Source: Kondoa subrosea
Taxonomy: Eukaryota
Direction: 5' to 3'
NCBI GenBank assembly: GCA_039545335.1
Contig: BCIN01000005.1
Span: forward strand, 710,641-774,640
Length of the DNA stretch: 64,000 nt
In this document: piece by piece, positions 1 through 14,712 of the stretch
How the letters are laid out: every line of letters begins with the position of its first letter
Numbering within the stretch: the first letter of the stretch is position 1
Made by a program: the position numbers and the translations under genes
The notes under the pieces: generated by a model
The model's database searches: none
What the model was told of the DNA's origin: nothing
The model's input: the letters and a program-made list of their open reading frames with translations, nothing else

Positions 1-245
1 ATGAGCGGTGCATGTCACTTGAAGTGTCTGCTTTAACTCCTGAAAACCTGTTGAAGAACGTCGAGAAGATCAAGTCTTTCCATGTGACGATTGGCACGAA
101 AGATAGCACTATCAATGGATATGAGGGGAAGTTGTTGATGGATGCTGTTCATAGCGGAGAAAAGGAAAGCAAGGAAGGAGGAGAAATAAGAGTTATGGAT
201 ATTGGAACTCATCAAGCTAGTGGGAAGGTCAAGGGTCTGAATTGA
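1..245 (+). CDS. 3' end of an unidentified protein-coding gene (runs off the left edge)
   Basis: Frame is open from the window start to TGA at 243-245 (…SLEVSALTPENLLKNVEKIK…GKVKGLN*), with protein-like composition. Family not recognised. Confidence 0.55.
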   Translation, partial: ERCMSLEVSALTPENLLKNVEKIKSFHVTIGTKDSTINGYEGKLLMDAVHSGEKESKEGGEIRVMDIGTHQASGKVKGLN

Positions 246-336
246 TCGAGCGGTGACAGGGATACCCTTGCATGAATATGGAACATACATATATACAATG
301 AGTGTAAAATACAAAAGGAGCATGCGATGCAGAACT

Positions 337-1282
337 TTAGGTTGATTTCGCTTTGCAATGCTGCATGGCCGCTCCGCATACGCTGGCGATGAGTAAATAG
401 ATAAGAACCAGAATACTTCAGCAATCGTAGGCATCAGTAAGTTTCATATGCTGCAGCAGGACAAACTTACGAGAAGCCGCTGAGCACCAAAAGCTTCGTA
501 TTCTTCCACCAATACTTTCGTCTGACTGCAGCCGATCTCTTGCGAAAAGCTTTTGCTTGGGTTGAAAGTCCGTCCGTTTTCTGCGATAGAAATGAGCATT
601 TGCGCGCAATAACAGAATAGATGATATACATCGATAAGTAGATCTAATCGTTCGCCTCGACTGAGAATCTGCTCTACATTCTTGACCATGATATCCTATC
701 GTCTCTGCATTCAGATTACCATCCTCAAGCTGGCTGGGAAACCAACCTTGACATTAGAGATTTCAGCTTGAGCTTCCCTGATAGCATCGTTTGGCGGTGT
801 CGTCTCATATTTGTGCATGAGCTGACCGATGCGGGCGCTGAAAGCGTTCATGCCATAAGGAGGTGCATCAGCTATATCTGAATTGGAATAATTGCTCAAA
901 AACTCCTTTTGCAGTTCAGCCAAGAAAGCGAAAGGTGTTCTTCTGCCTAAGCTGTCGTCGGCCATACATAAAACCGTGATATCATTCGAATCCCGGATGT
1001 AGTGGAACAGATGTTGATCGGCAGCTGTCATAATCGCATGAAAGATGTGAGCTACAGAGGGAGCAGCATCTCCAAAAACTGACCATATGTCAATTTGCTG
1101 CTGTTGGGTGGAATGCGAGAGAGAATGGTTTCGACCGCTTTCCGACATTACTTTGTGTCAGAGCTCATTCAAACGGAGCATGATATGGACAGCGCACCAG
1201 ATGAGTAAGAGCCTTCATTGTCTGTCCCGTGCTCAGCCAATATCACAGATCCTCTGGATACCACAGCGTGTAGAAGTGACAT
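337..1282 (-). CDS. Longin-domain R-SNARE, VAMP7/Nyv1-like (spliced)
   Basis: Begins MSLLHAVVSRGSVILAEH. Longin core HLFHYI…LCMADDSLGRRTPFAFLAELQKEF; synaptobrevin motif MVKNVEQILSRGERLDLLID; WWKNTK followed by a C-terminal TM segment ILVLIYLLIASVCG. Confidence 0.9.
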
Positions 1283-1591
1283 GATGCTGGTTTTGGACAG
1301 AAAGGTAGCTTGATCGCAAACAGTCAGTCAGTCAATCAGGTGAGGCACCATTCTGTTCTGTGTCGCTCATCCTTCTTCTCGCTGTATCGTGCTCTTCACT
1401 CTAACTGGCTTCCACCTGTGACGCTTGAATATATGTCACAGCTTGAACAGTTCGAACGCTTCTTCGCATCTTGCTGCTTTATGCTAGCTTGATTTGAATC
1501 TTCCCCGTCTACACTTGCTCGAGTCTTGCTGCCAAAAAAAATCATTGTCTTATTCGAGTAAGGACAGCTATCCTTATCGCAATCTGCAAAC

Positions 1592-3076
1592 ATGTCTCTC
1601 GTTGTGGTTACTGGTATTTCAGGCTACGCAGGTACGTTGAAATCTATCATTCGTCCCGCTCTTCTCACATGGGGACGGCTTCAGCGAGCTATGTCGCTCA
1701 AGAATTGCTCCAAAAAGGATATCGAGTCCGTGGTACGGTTCGTAACGTGAAGAAAGCAGATGCAGTCAAGCAACTCTTCGACAAAAAGAATGTGGAACTT
1801 GTCGAAGTGGCTGATATTGCTCAATCTGATCTGACTGAAGCTATGAAAGGTACGTCTGGCAATGACAAAGCGTTGTCTGGGACAAAACAGTAAAACTCAA
1901 TCATATGATATCAGATGTTGAATTTGTTATGCATGTTGCAAGTCCATATCACTTCAAGATCAATGATCCGAAGAAAGATATGCTAGACGTGCGTCTTGAA
2001 TATCTAAGGGGTTCAATGCTGAAGTCTCGCTGTGGTAGCCTGCTGTCAACGGCACTACTAACACCTTGAGACACGCATCGAAAGCTGGGGTGAAGCATGT
2101 TGTAATTACTTCGAGCTTCGCTGCTGTTACGTATGTCTAAATTCTTTCGTCAATCTGAGACATACACTAATATTCGTTACAGCAACTTACTGGCTGGAGG
2201 TATGGTGCTAGTAACCTGGGATGATAACGTACCAATCCTAGTGCGACAGGACCATTCCGTGACTACACCTACACTGCCGACGGTAAATCATCGGTCTTTT
2301 CTGTCAGGAAGACATGCTCATGGAGTGTAGATTGGAATCCTGCTACTGTTGAGATGGCCTGCGAGCCTGGCAGACCTGTAAGCATTATTCTACAGGTTGA
2401 ATATTTACCAAAGACATCTTTGTCAGGGTCCTTTCATCTATAGCGCATCTAAGAAGTTGGCAGAAAAGGCGGCTTGGTCTTTCCATGAGGAGCATCCCGA
2501 AATGGCAATCACTACTCTCTGTCCGCCTATGATCTGTGGGTTACTCGATTACGCGAATCTGGTCCTCTCATAATGAAGCCTGACATAGACGGGCCACCTA
2601 TTCAAGCAACTTCCTCTGCAGAAGAGCTCAACACTTCGTCCGCTACCATCTATGCGCTGCTCCAGAACTTGAAACAACTACCAGACGATCGCTTACCTCT
2701 CTTCTGTGCCGTACAAGATGTCGCACGCGCTCATGTTCTCGCTCTTAGCAGCAAAGCAGTGCAAAACAAACGTCTAATCATTGCTGCTGACGAGCCCTTT
2801 ACTTGGAGAATGGTAAGTCATCGTTTTTTGGAACAATGGTAGCAATGAAATGAACGATGAGTTCTACAGGCTGTCGAGTTCCTTCAAGAGAAGATGCCTG
2901 AACTAGCTGATCGTCTGCCACCTGTTCCCAAGGAACCTGCTCCAGAAAGAAAGATTGCGAAACTTGATACGTCTTTGGCTAAGAAGGAACTGGGATTGAA
3001 GTTCAAGCCTTGGCAAGAAATGCTAACAGAGACAGTCGAATCTTTGCTGCAATTAGAGAAGGAGTGGAAAGCATGA
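1592..3076 (+). CDS. NAD(P)-dependent epimerase/dehydratase (Gre2/aldehyde reductase II-like extended SDR), copy 1
   Basis: MSLVVVTGISGY Rossmann motif, GYRVRGTVR, HVASPYHF, VVITSSFAAV, catalytic YSASKKLAEKAAW, VQDVARAHV. About 10 introns. Confidence 0.9.
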
Positions 3077-3712
3077 ACATCTCTGAGTGATGTATATAAT
3101 AGATTGATGTGTGATATAAGGTGATTCGTTTCCTTCCCTTTTACGAGAGACTCTAGCTTATCTGAGCACTGCAGAAACAGGTCAAATAGCTCCTTCAAGT
3201 CTTGCTCAAGCGGCTAGAAGTCGCAATTGCGGTGCCCCTTTGTTTTTCTTTTACTTTCGCAACAAATTTTGTTTTGCCATCTTGATACTCAACCATGTCT
3301 TTTCATGCCGTCTCCTTATCTGAGAAGGACTGTTATGCCAAGGCAGGCTGTTCGAGCGCAAGAGATCGTTCGGAATCCTTGCATCACGATCGCGCTACAA
3401 ATTCCGTTATAACGATAAAAGCAAATTTCCGCATCTCGGCCTTGGCGAACAATCACTTTTCTCTTAGCTCACCAACCAAAAGGATATCAGACAGAGCATC
3501 TATCGCCTGGCGCGTTGTTTCTTGGCTTTCAACCTTTATCCATCCCTTTGCTTTCCTTTTCTTGCACTGTCATCACGTAAACGCTAGACGTTCCAACACA
3601 CTCATTACTACACTACTACGACACTTACCGAGTCGTGCCACTGACTCAAACAAATTTTGAAACCTTACTTTCCTTTACACAAACACCCTAACAACGAACG
3701 AGGCTCTGCAAG

Positions 3713-5204
3713 ATGTCCAAGAGCAAGAACGTCACCGTACTCGTAACAGGAAGTAAGTGCATAGCATCTTGCTATCGTCAACCAGTGCTGATGTATGTTG
3801 TATCAGTCAATGGATATCGTACGTGATCTGGTCTATCACAACCAGACTCAAGCTAACGGAAATCTCGAAGTCGCCTGTCATGTCGCAAGAGAGCTCTTTG
3901 CACATGGATACAAAGTCAAAGGCACTGTCCGAAGCATGTCTAAAGCCACCCATATTCGCAAATTGTTTGCTGGCAAACCTTTGCAATTGGTCGAAGTGAA
4001 AGATATTGCCGATTCGGATCTAACAGAAGCGATGCGAGGCGTGCAAATGGTCATTCATAGTGCTTCACCCGTCAGTTTCTCGCACCTTCCGAAACGTCGC
4101 GAAGCTGATGAACATCAATACAGTACCACTTCGAAGTCTATGATGCTATGCGCGACATGCTCCGCGTGAGTACTTCTCTTGGTTCGCCACTTACAACAGG
4201 CTCATAAGATCGCGCAGCCTGCCGTTCGAGGAACAATCAATGTGCTGGCCCATGCTCATCGCGCTGGCGTCAAGAAGGTTGTTTGCACATCAAGTTTTGC
4301 CGCTATGAACGATAACACTCTTGGCGGCGCTTTTCGCGAACACACCTACACTGCAGCTGACTGGAGCCCTTTGACTGCTGAAGATGCCTGCTCTGGAGAT
4401 CCGATGCGAGCACCCGTCTACAGGTATGCCTTAGATTCAGTGAACATTCCAGCACTCAAATAGTGCACTAGCGCAAGCAAGAAGCTGGCTGAAAAGGCTG
4501 CTTGGACTTTCTTAGACGAACACGATGACATCGACATTGTTTGCATCAACCCTCCAATGATATGTGAGTAGTTGTCTCCGGATTCGAACAGCGCTAATGA
4601 TGTCTCTAGATGGACCTGCTATCCACGTTGGCAAATTAGAAGATCTCAACACTTCTGCAGGCAATATTTACGATTTGATAAAAGGCCTTAAAGAGGTACC
4701 GAAAGATCGGCTGCCGGTGTGAGTCGTCCTCGCAGATCTGATCGGATGGAGCTCATCCACTTGTATCAGCTTTTGCGACGTCCGAGATGTAGCTAAGATT
4801 CACGTGGCCGCTCTGGCAAGAGGCTGCAGAAACCGACGGATACCTATTGCAAGTGACGAACCGTTCACATGGGATATGGTATGCTCTTTGCTCTTCAGAG
4901 AGGCGCTAGCTGAACCTCGTCACAGGCAATTCGCTATCTGCAAGATCAACGACCGGAACTGATTGATCGTCTTCCACCTGTACCTCTACTGCCTCCTGCA
5001 CCTAAAACCATCTGCCGAGTCGATAACTCGTATGCAAAGCGCCACTTCAAGGTCGACTTCATCCCTTGGCAAAGAAGTCTGCTAGATTCGATTGACGCGA
5101 TGTTGGAACTTGAACTAATGGCGTCGAAAATCGCCAAGCTGCGAACGATGGCCACACCAGCGGTCGAGTCTCAACGAGATAATCGAGTGGCAGTCAAAGC
5201 ATGA
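3713..5204 (+). CDS. NAD(P)-dependent epimerase/dehydratase (Gre2-like), tandem copy 2
   Basis: VTVLVTGINGY, GYKVKGTVRS, VVCTSSFAAM, YSASKKLAEKAAW, DVRDVAKIHV. Shares DRLPPVP and DSDLTEAM-like segments with copy 1. Stop TGA at 5202-5204. Confidence 0.9.
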
Positions 5205-5497
5205 AAAGGCTTTCAGTCTTGGGTCAGGGTGTACATATTCGTTTTTTGCAGGTTGTTGTAGTCGTTCTTTTGATCATTTTTAGAGGCTCTTGTAGCTCAT
5301 TGTATGTGCATAGACTTTGCTGCTAAGGAATGATATTTTCTGTTTGGTGACGATTTTCAACGTCGTGTCATCCATCGTCTCTTGTCCCCTCTCTGGCGGT
5401 TTGCAGCATACAATCTAAGACATCGATAACACTTCAGAGATACAGAATCATTGTTATACCCTGCATTGATAGCTTCCCTTGGCATACTCGTTTTATT

Positions 5498-7947
5498 ATG
5501 TCTGTTCACTGGAAACCTCCGACTACTCGTAGCTCCTCAGTGGAAGCAAGAGAAGATCGTTCAGCGCCTGCGAGGCCTAGTCCTGCGCCTGCTTCTTCAC
5601 CTTTGCGGCCTTTGCCTTGTCCGTGCTGCGCAACCATCCTGAAAGTGTTAGTCAGCAACTTCTAAGAGTCAGAGTCTATCTTGCTCATGATCCTTCTGTC
5701 AGTCCTCCGGACAGTATATTCAGATGCTCTGTCTGTCTGACCGTCGTAGATATAGCTACGGTGCATCCCAAAGCCAATCAACACGCAAGTCCGATAAGCG
5801 GAAGCGAAGTATCAGCATGGCGGGACCAGTTGCAGAGCTCTACTGATAGATGCGCCATCTTGCAGCGAATCAAGACGGTCTTCTCTCGTCCAGATTTGCT
5901 CGCGGCTTCCTTCTCATCATCTGCACCGACTGTCGCAACGATGTCGGTGGAGTCTGTAGAAACATTCAATGGCCTGCTGGTAGAGGAGGACGTACGGAAA
6001 GCTGTGATCGAATCCCTTCTTGTGTTTCTGAGAAGACCCTACTTGAAGTCAATCGGGGTCTCCGCTTGGCGCATCTTTGCTATTCTACTTGCAATTCCTT
6101 TCCAAGCAAAAGAAGTTGAGATCTTTGCTCGGATGTACGGGTTACTGTCCAATCTTCCGAATGCATATCAGTTCGTGCTCATGAAATACCCTTGTGTTCG
6201 TTTCTCATTCTTGTTCCTGCTAGCCATCAGCTTGTTGCTCTTTGGAAGTCCAATCACTTTCCCTCAGCATCTATATTCAACTTAGTAGACCGTGTTAATT
6301 CCTTTCTCTCTTTTCGAGTCCGCTCTGCCGGAGATGCTACTAAGTTGGCGGGCGACTGGAAATTTTGTGTGACCGTCAAAACCTTCGCTTTAGTGGTTAC
6401 AGCGAACAATGCAAGGCACGAAGGTCGCATGCCAATACACGCCTTCTATAATCTGGCTTTGGACTCACTTGGTCCGCAAGCTTTCTTGCAAGAGTTTGAA
6501 CGCTGGGAGAGACAAAACAGGGAACCTCTACTCCCAGGCGGATCTATCCCGTTCTCAATTTGCCAATACCCTTTCTGTATATCGCTTGGAGCGAAACTTC
6601 ACATTCTGGAATCCGAATCGCGTCGTCAGATGGAAATCGAGGCTAGATCAGCAGTCTTTCACACGCTATTCAAGGGAATCAGAACTCTTCCGGTCGTGCA
6701 ACTGAATATACGCCGCTCTCATTTGGTTTCTGATTCGTTAAGGGAATTATCTAGCCATATCGGCCAACTAAAGAAATCACTGCGAATAAAGTTTGAAGGT
6801 GAAGAGGGTGTCGATAGCGGTGGTTTGAGAAGAGAATGGTTGATGTTATTGACGAACAAGCTCTTTGAAGCTGAATATGGGATGTTTGAAGAGGACGAAG
6901 ATTCAAAGCTGTGCTGGCCTTCCGGAGCCTCTTCCATACTGGATCTCAAGCAAGAATTTTATCTCGTTGGCATTGTCATTGGTCTGTCGGTCTATCATCA
7001 AGCTACCATCCAATTACCTCTCCCGCTGGCGTGCTACAAACAACTCATCGGTGCTCCACTTACACTGCTCGACCTGGCTATACTGAAGCCCGCTCTCGCT
7101 CGCGGTCTGCAGAATCTGCTCGAGTACGAGAGCGACGACCTAGAACAAGTGTTCTGTCGTACGTTTGTCGGAGAATCGGTTCAATTTGGAGAGATAACAG
7201 AGGTGGAACTGATGCGAGGTGGAAAGAATGTGATGGTAACGAAGGCTAACAGACAAGGTTGGTGAACTTGATATCTCGGGTAATCGTCTAATGCTGAATG
7301 GCAGATTTCGTAAATCGCTATGTTCAATTCATTCTTGTCGATTCTGTCGCAGCTCAGTTCAAGGCACTCAAAAGGGGCTTGTGAGTTCCATCTAATTGAA
7401 CGTAATTGAGCTGACTAGAGGTAGTCGCGAAATCCTGAGCGGCAACGCGCTGTCATTGTTCCAACCTGAAGAACTCGAATTGATGGTTCGAGGCTCGCTG
7501 GAACCTCTAGACGCTCAGCAGATGCAATTGTCAACTCGCTATGAAGGTGGATTCGAGGCTGAGCACGCGACTGTCAAATTCTTTTGGGAGTATTTTGAAC
7601 AGCTCGAACCGTCCAGACAACGAAAATTGCTCGCCTTCATCACAGGTCAGCATCGGCCTGAGCTATGGTCTATGATTTCATTGACTTTGTGTTTGGCATG
7701 CAGGCTCTGATCGAGTTCCGGCGACTGGAATTCAGTGAGCGCTTTACCTGATCAATTCGATTATGAGCTCATGGTCCATAGCTCCTTGCAATTGCGGATC
7801 ACTCTTTCCGAGGGCGACACGTCAAGACTACCTTCAAGCCATACTTGCTTTGCTCAGCTTGTCATTCCAGCATATACCACCCTCAAACAGTTGTCACAAG
7901 CATTCGATTTAGCAATAGACGGGTCAATTGGTTTTGGTCTACGTTGA
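5498..7947 (+). CDS. HUL4: HECT-type E3 ubiquitin ligase, Hul4-like
   Basis: N-terminal CPCC…FRCSVC cysteine cluster. HECT domain LKKSLRIKFEGEEGVDSGGLRREW, LFQPEELELMVRG, catalytic RLPSSHTCF, C-terminal GFGLR*. Confidence 0.85.
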
Positions 7948-7975
7948 CCACTAGCATGACTTAAGAAATATGTTT

Positions 7976-9700
<1,725 letters not shown>

Positions 9701-9815
9701 GCTCGTTAATTTACTCAAGTCCGTCGATAAGTGCGGAGAGAGATGTCTAGCAAATATCGAGATCGTCATAATCATTGCGTACTGTTACAACATGGATTGC
9801 TTAATTACATCTATT

Positions 9816-11190
9816 TTACACGGTTGAATACTGAGAACACATGTCCAGCAAGCTTCCTTCGGCTCGCAGAGGTGATAGTACAAGCCGCTGCGGATTCGGA
9901 TTATCCTTCTTTGAGTCGACATAGAGGCCTACAGCAAATTAAGCACGGAGGACCATTGATACAATAAGTCGGCAACACACCTTCTACATCTCCGGTTCTT
10001 CTTGACATGCAAATGAAATATTGACCTTCGATAGTCAGACTCAGTGACGGCGGCACTTCATTCAGGCTGGAGGTACATTAGCGTTGGTACAATTGACAAC
10101 CAATGTCATTACTCACAAGGCCTTTTCTTTCCATCGCATCAGAACATATCCAAATTCTCCTTGGTTATAACCATGCTCTTTGACCGCTTCAACATCAACG
10201 CCAGTGAAAGCGCTTAGCTGGGACCAGTACACTTGATCCATATGTCTTTGTTTCGCTTGTTCAGCTGAAGTCATGATAGTTTGCTGTTGTCGAAATAGAG
10301 AATGATTGCCTGTAATAACCATACCTATTCAGTCTTCGCAACAAGAAGTGGAAGCAAGTCATGTACGACCATCAATGATTTCCCCTTCGAAATAGGTCAA
10401 GATCTCCACTCCTTTCAATTTAGGTAAAGCGCTGGCAGACATATAACCGCTCATTCTGCCTCTTTCCCAATCCACTTCATGTATATGTGCTCTAACGGTC
10501 CAGTTGTCCATCCTCTTTGAAGTGTCATTTCTTCTTGTTGTAGTGGTTTCGGTCGTCGATGCTAGATTACCAGTTCTAGTGACCGGGAGATTGAGAGTGA
10601 CCAATTCCGCAGGTCGCTCTTGCGTTTGATTAGAAATGGTAGAGAGCGTGCTCTGATTTGATGAAGCTATATTCAGAGAAGGGCCATAAGTTCTTCGCAT
10701 ATGAGGACTGAGATCCAAAAAGGCTGATTGTCGAGGAGGATTGGATTCCGTAGATATCGTAGCAGAAGCGTTTGACAGATGTTCATCAGCTAATTGTCTG
10801 ACTCTTTGCAACAGCTCCGGATCCGGTCGAGCTCGTAAAGTATAGGGTCGTGTGGATCTGTCGAGAACTTCCCCGTTTGAGCTTTGTAAGGTCGGACCTG
10901 GGCGTGGATGAGATAGAAGCACACGATAGAGTGGATGTGGGAGTCTTGATGCAGGTTCTCGCTCAGTAATCGGTGAAGGAGGTGTACAGGATTGGAAGAG
11001 CTGTTTCCCCATAAAGACGGAACCTGGCTGCAGATAGGATGTTGACGCGATGGGTCTTGACTGTGCGGTCCAAGATCTCTCGACTGATTTACATACATGC
11101 ATTTTCAGCAAGTGTTGCATAGATCGCATCACTTGACTCACTATCAGGCTCAGGTCTCGGAGGACTGGTTGGCCGGACTGCTGCAGGCAT
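9816..11190 (-). CDS. VID24: GID4/Vid24 substrate receptor of the GID/CTLH E3 ligase
   Basis: YLQPGSVFMGKQ…NWTVRAHIHEVDW…GYMSA…TYFEGEIIDG; DQVYWSQL; YVLMRWKEK; LTIEGQYFICMSRRTGDVEGLY. Predicted start MPAAVRPTSP with an intron at gtgagt (~11141). Confidence 0.82.
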
Positions 11191-11461
11191 GACAGAGAGC
11201 GACAAGAGATCTTCAAAGTCTTCCTTGCTGTCCTATACATCTCGGTAAGTCGCGAGCGGAGCCAATGAAATACATCAAACCAACGAGGCAATCGAGCAAC
11301 GATAGCTGCTCTGCAGTATTCTCACTCGACGTGGTATCAACAGCAGGGGTATGGCTGGATGCAGCTACTGCTTGCTGAGCCGCAGGCATGGTATCGCAAG
11401 TTCAGACGCTTGGAAGTACAAAGTCAACATGACGACCTTGAAGAGTATGCATTGCCCCAGC

Positions 11462-13338
11462 TCAACTGAATAGTCTTCCCCGAAAACTACCTGCAGACCA
11501 AATACTATCTAACCAAGCTGGTTCATAAGATCGCTTTGTCACCTTCTTCCCTTGTACACCAAATGCTCCAGGCTGATCAAAAAACCAGAACGCTTGAGAC
11601 TGATAATCGGCTGCCTTCTTCGTCATCCAAGCCTTGTACATGCCATCGGAATCTCCATATACAGCTTGGACAGCGGCGATATGAGGGATCAGTTCAGAAA
11701 CAGGTTCGCTGCCAGGATCACGTTTCATAAGATAATCTGCGGCGTTCTGAATCGTGGCGTTCTGTGCTGATGTGTAGGACCAGAAGTCTAGACCGAGACT
11801 GTCGCCAAGCTTTGCAGAAGTGATCATCGCTTCAAGGTTGAAACAGCTATAGTGGAATGGTCGTGTTCTAGCTAATTCTCTAGGCTGCGCAAATTGTTAG
11901 AAGAGACGGAATATTTCAGCCAAAGAAGGCTCACTTGACTACCGTCCGCCATGATTTGAGATTTGAAAGCGCCACAGAAATATGAGTTCAGTGATTGTTT
12001 CGCTCCATCTGAATCGCCCAACAGGATCTTCAAAGCCGCTACTTGATTATAGTAGAAGGTGCCATGATTGCTACCAGGTAGATCTTAGCAAATTACGGCT
12101 GCTGATTAACATTGAAGACTTACTTAGGTGCTTGCGAGGCTTTGACTCCTTGCGGACTGCTTTCCAACCAAGACAAGTACGCTTTACTCCAACTTATCAT
12201 AGCAGTATCGTATTCTTGCGTCCATTCCTCAGCCTTGGTTGCTCTCAAAATCATCACCGCATTAACCACTTTGACCATTGCCCGGAAATCCAATATACCC
12301 ATAAAACTTCCAGAGGTCTTGCCTTTGCCTCTAACAATTTGAGCATAATTGAGATTAGGGTTCATCCCTAGTTCTGGATCGCCAAAGAAAGTATAAAGCT
12401 GTTCTGCTGCTCTTGAAGAATAGATTGAGGATCCATTGATCACGAAAGCCATTGCGTTGTCCATAGCTGAGATAGAGGTATAGCCAAAGAATTTGCCAGC
12501 TTCTAATGTTTGAACATCTGGGTTAACCAATCCATCTCGAGCAATGTAGGAGCACTGCGACCAAGCTAACGCAATTTTGATCAGATTAGGCATTGGTTGG
12601 ATCCGTGAGTGACGTACTAGCATTATCAGGAAGCCCTAGCTCAGGTGAAGGGCAAACTGATTGATAGCTTTGTTGAGCAGAAGAACCTCGCTTAGTGAAA
12701 GAAGAACGACAGTAGCATTTCTTTCTTCCCTCCGGGATAGCATAAGATCGTTCAGCCAGACTAGGAGTTGCTGATGCTGGTACTACGATAGATGAAGAAG
12801 AACGCGAGCGAGATCGAGAAGATTTTACTGCGGACGGGGAGACAGATGCCGATGCTGATGCTGATGCAGCGGCCAGCGCAATGGAGGCTCCTGCTGAAGC
12901 TCGGCCACTAGTGTTCCAATCGCAAGTCGAACAGTTAGGCCAATGACTACAGAACGAGTTAGCATGTCTGGACACAACGTGACTGACTACATACTAAGGT
13001 GCCCAACTCAGATAGTCCTTCGGATCGCCAGAAGGCGCATTATTTTTAGCCCGTGTCACAGCTGTAAAATTGTCATAAGCTTCCAAGATCTGTGACAGGA
13101 AAATGTCTTACACCAAGGTCCGCTTGAAGAAGAGCTGTCTGCATCTTGTAGTATTGTCGCTACTGCCTCATTGACACTAGGATCTCTCTGCTGCGCTGCA
13201 GCGATGAGGTAGCTAGGATCGATCCAGTCATTGATAGCTAAAGTCTAGTATCAGCATTGGCCTGTAATTTTGATGAAACTTACCTATTATTCCGGTAATA
13301 TGAACGACCAGCGTCCAAGTCAATAGTATGCACACCAT
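11462..13338 (-). CDS. Secreted alginate-lyase-family (alpha/alpha toroid polysaccharide lyase) protein
   Basis: Hydrophobic N-terminus MVCILLTWTLVVHITGII; PSGDPKDYLSWAPYHWPNC; YIARDGLVNPDV; MNPNLNYAQIVRG; NHGTF; ELARTRPFHYSCFNLEAM. Confidence 0.85.
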
Positions 13339-13832
13339 GTTGACTGGATTTGAGAGAGCTATGAAAAGGAAGAAATGGCTAATGCTCGATCGATTTGTTC
13401 AGTCAATATTGCAATACGCGTTTAAGAGCACCTTTGTATAGAGAGGACATATCTGCTAACGCAGAGCATGACATCTCAGCATGTACAGAAGCAAAAGAGA
13501 AATATACTTTTGATCCGAACACAGATTTCTTTAGGCAAGGAAAATCAAGGCTCTTCACGATGAATGTCATATGAGCGAGAATCAAGAAGGAGTCATATGA
13601 TGCTTCATGCACCGAGAAAGATAGATTAGACACGCAAAAGAAGGGATCAGCTTTGCGAAGCGAGAACAGTGCATTAGGGCTTATGGGAAAAGTGCGGACG
13701 ACGAGGCATCAAAGCAGCAGGAATATGAGTAGAAGCAGACACACAAATACAGTCACAGCACATCATCGTAGCTAAACAAGGACTCGCTTGACTTCGTACG
13801 AGCAACGACCTTTTCGGATTGCATACCCATGA

Positions 13833-14686
13833 TCTGCTGGCCAGATCGCGTTCTACCTGTGCAACGATGAGCATCAAGTCGGACAGAACACAGCAGAATC
13901 GCGTAGGCATTCGCTCGAGGATCTAGGCCAAACTCTGAAATCCAGTCAACAGAGGCAAGAGAATGGAGGTACTGCAATTGGCGCAACTAGCACAGCGTCG
14001 CCTACAGCTGTTGAGAACAGCCCGGTCCTTTCTTTCTTCAAGGAGTACGTTCCATAGTCATATTATAGGCAAGCAGCTGATGTTTGTCGGTAAAGTCCCA
14101 ACAAGATCGTCTCTATCGTCCTACCCATCTTTCTCCTGGTCAGCGTAATGTTTGGTTTCGCCATCATGTATCGCAGAAGGCAGAGAGCACGCGCGATCGA
14201 GAATAGAAAGATGTGAGTCCTATATATAAGCTGTCTTGCCAGAATTAGCTAACTTGTGACTTGACGCACAGTGGGTCAGCTTACGATAAAGCTGAACAGT
14301 TTGGCTTGGACGATCTGGACGCTTTCTCTGTCCCTCGACACATACCAAGGCCATCTTCAGGCAATTATCGCCCGTCAACAGAATTGACTTCTCGACCTCC
14401 TCCTCTTCATCTCCAAAATCACAACTATCATACTCCTAGCAATTCATTGGGGTCGATAGATGAACCTTCTTCCGCTTCTTCGTATTCCAACGCTTTTTAC
14501 AAGTCCAGTCAACCTTCATCTCCTTCATCGCCCTTATCTCAACGCTCGGAATACTTTGCACCACCGACTAAAGATGGCTATTATCCTACTCGTTCCGATA
14601 TCCAGCATCCTTCACCTACAAAAGGCTTTTACCAAACTCATCAGGAATCAACTTCATCGCTATACACTATCAATTACAACAAGTAG
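13833..14686 (+). CDS. Single-pass membrane protein with Ser/Pro-rich cytoplasmic tail; start codon not located
   Basis: Exon ~14095-14212 encodes KIVSIVLPIFLLVSVMFGFAIMYRRRQR (TM helix plus basic stop-transfer). It splices to the S/P-rich ORF ending at TAG 14686. The upstream frame is open from 13833 but has no ATG. Confidence 0.5.
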
Positions 14687-14712
14687 GAACACCTCACAAG
14701 TAGGAACACCTC
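14679..14712. repeat. 17-bp perfect tandem duplication (acaagtaggaacacctc x2)
   Basis: Read directly; it spans the stop codon of the membrane-protein gene. Confidence 0.9.

Noticed and set aside
14679..14712. Direct repeats (also 37973-38015) as possible CRISPR or TE target-site duplications
   Set aside because: Only two adjacent copies with no spacer, terminal repeats or transposase; simple slippage duplications in a eukaryote.
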